From a virus (taxonomy: Duplodnaviria > Caudoviricetes): a stretch of DNA of 47,026 nucleotides. The position numbers were made by a program, and so were the translations under genes. The stretch covers positions 1 to 47,026 of the IMG/VR virus record IMGVR_UViG_3300017747_003292; one strand, written 5' to 3'. The notes beneath the pieces are model-generated. The model worked only from the letters and a program-made list of their open reading frames with translations. It was not told where the DNA came from and did not search any database. This document shows, piece by piece, positions 46,904 through 47,026 of the stretch. Position 1 is the stretch's first letter. Every line of letters starts with the position of its first letter.

Positions 46904-47026
46904 AAACGATCCAGTTGCTTGTGTATTTGGTGTAAGATAAATCTCAGGAGTAAAATTAAATCCACTCCCACTCGTTGGTGTCAATCCACCAGCCGACCCA
47001 GTATCAGCCTCGTTCCAAGCATAGGT
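46904..47026. repeat. Terminal direct repeat, copy 2 (circular assembly overlap)
   Basis: Identical to 1-123. Confidence 0.97.

Noticed and set aside
1-47026. Alternative genetic code
   Set aside because: Standard-code ORFs tile both arms densely, and TAA, TAG and TGA all serve as stops.

Overview
The window appears to be a complete, circularly assembled tailed dsDNA phage genome with podovirus-like gene order. Bases 1-123 repeat exactly at 46904-47026, giving a unit length of 46,903 bp, and one tail gene reads across the junction. There are two divergent arms. The minus-strand virion arm runs terS, terL, portal, scaffold, capsid, adaptor, beta-helix/LamG receptor-type proteins, holins, tail nozzle and ejection proteins. 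The plus-strand early/replication arm has many small ORFs, a 3D-domain protein, an XRE HTH, a Cas4-like nuclease, an AAA ATPase, MazG, an SSB-like protein, a GIY-YIG nuclease, a ParB-methyltransferase fusion, a UDG-PolA fusion and a DUF3987-like ATPase. I recognised no integrase, ParA, primase or tRNA. The most striking signal is ten copies of a 17-bp palindrome, TGTTTCA-N3-TGAAACA, spread round the genome, three of them inside coding sequence. Its arms equal those of chromosomal parS (TGTTTCA-CG-TGAAACA) with a one-base-longer spacer. The same genome encodes a ParB CTPase/HTH domain fused to a DNA methyltransferase. I infer, untested, a parS-loaded sliding methyltransferase that marks phage DNA in cis. 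Also notable are a canonical type II hammerhead ribozyme, two further structured-RNA candidates, five virion-module proteins with signal-peptide-like N-termini, and a PolA with atypical nucleotide-selection residues. All calls come from motif reading by eye; no searches were run.
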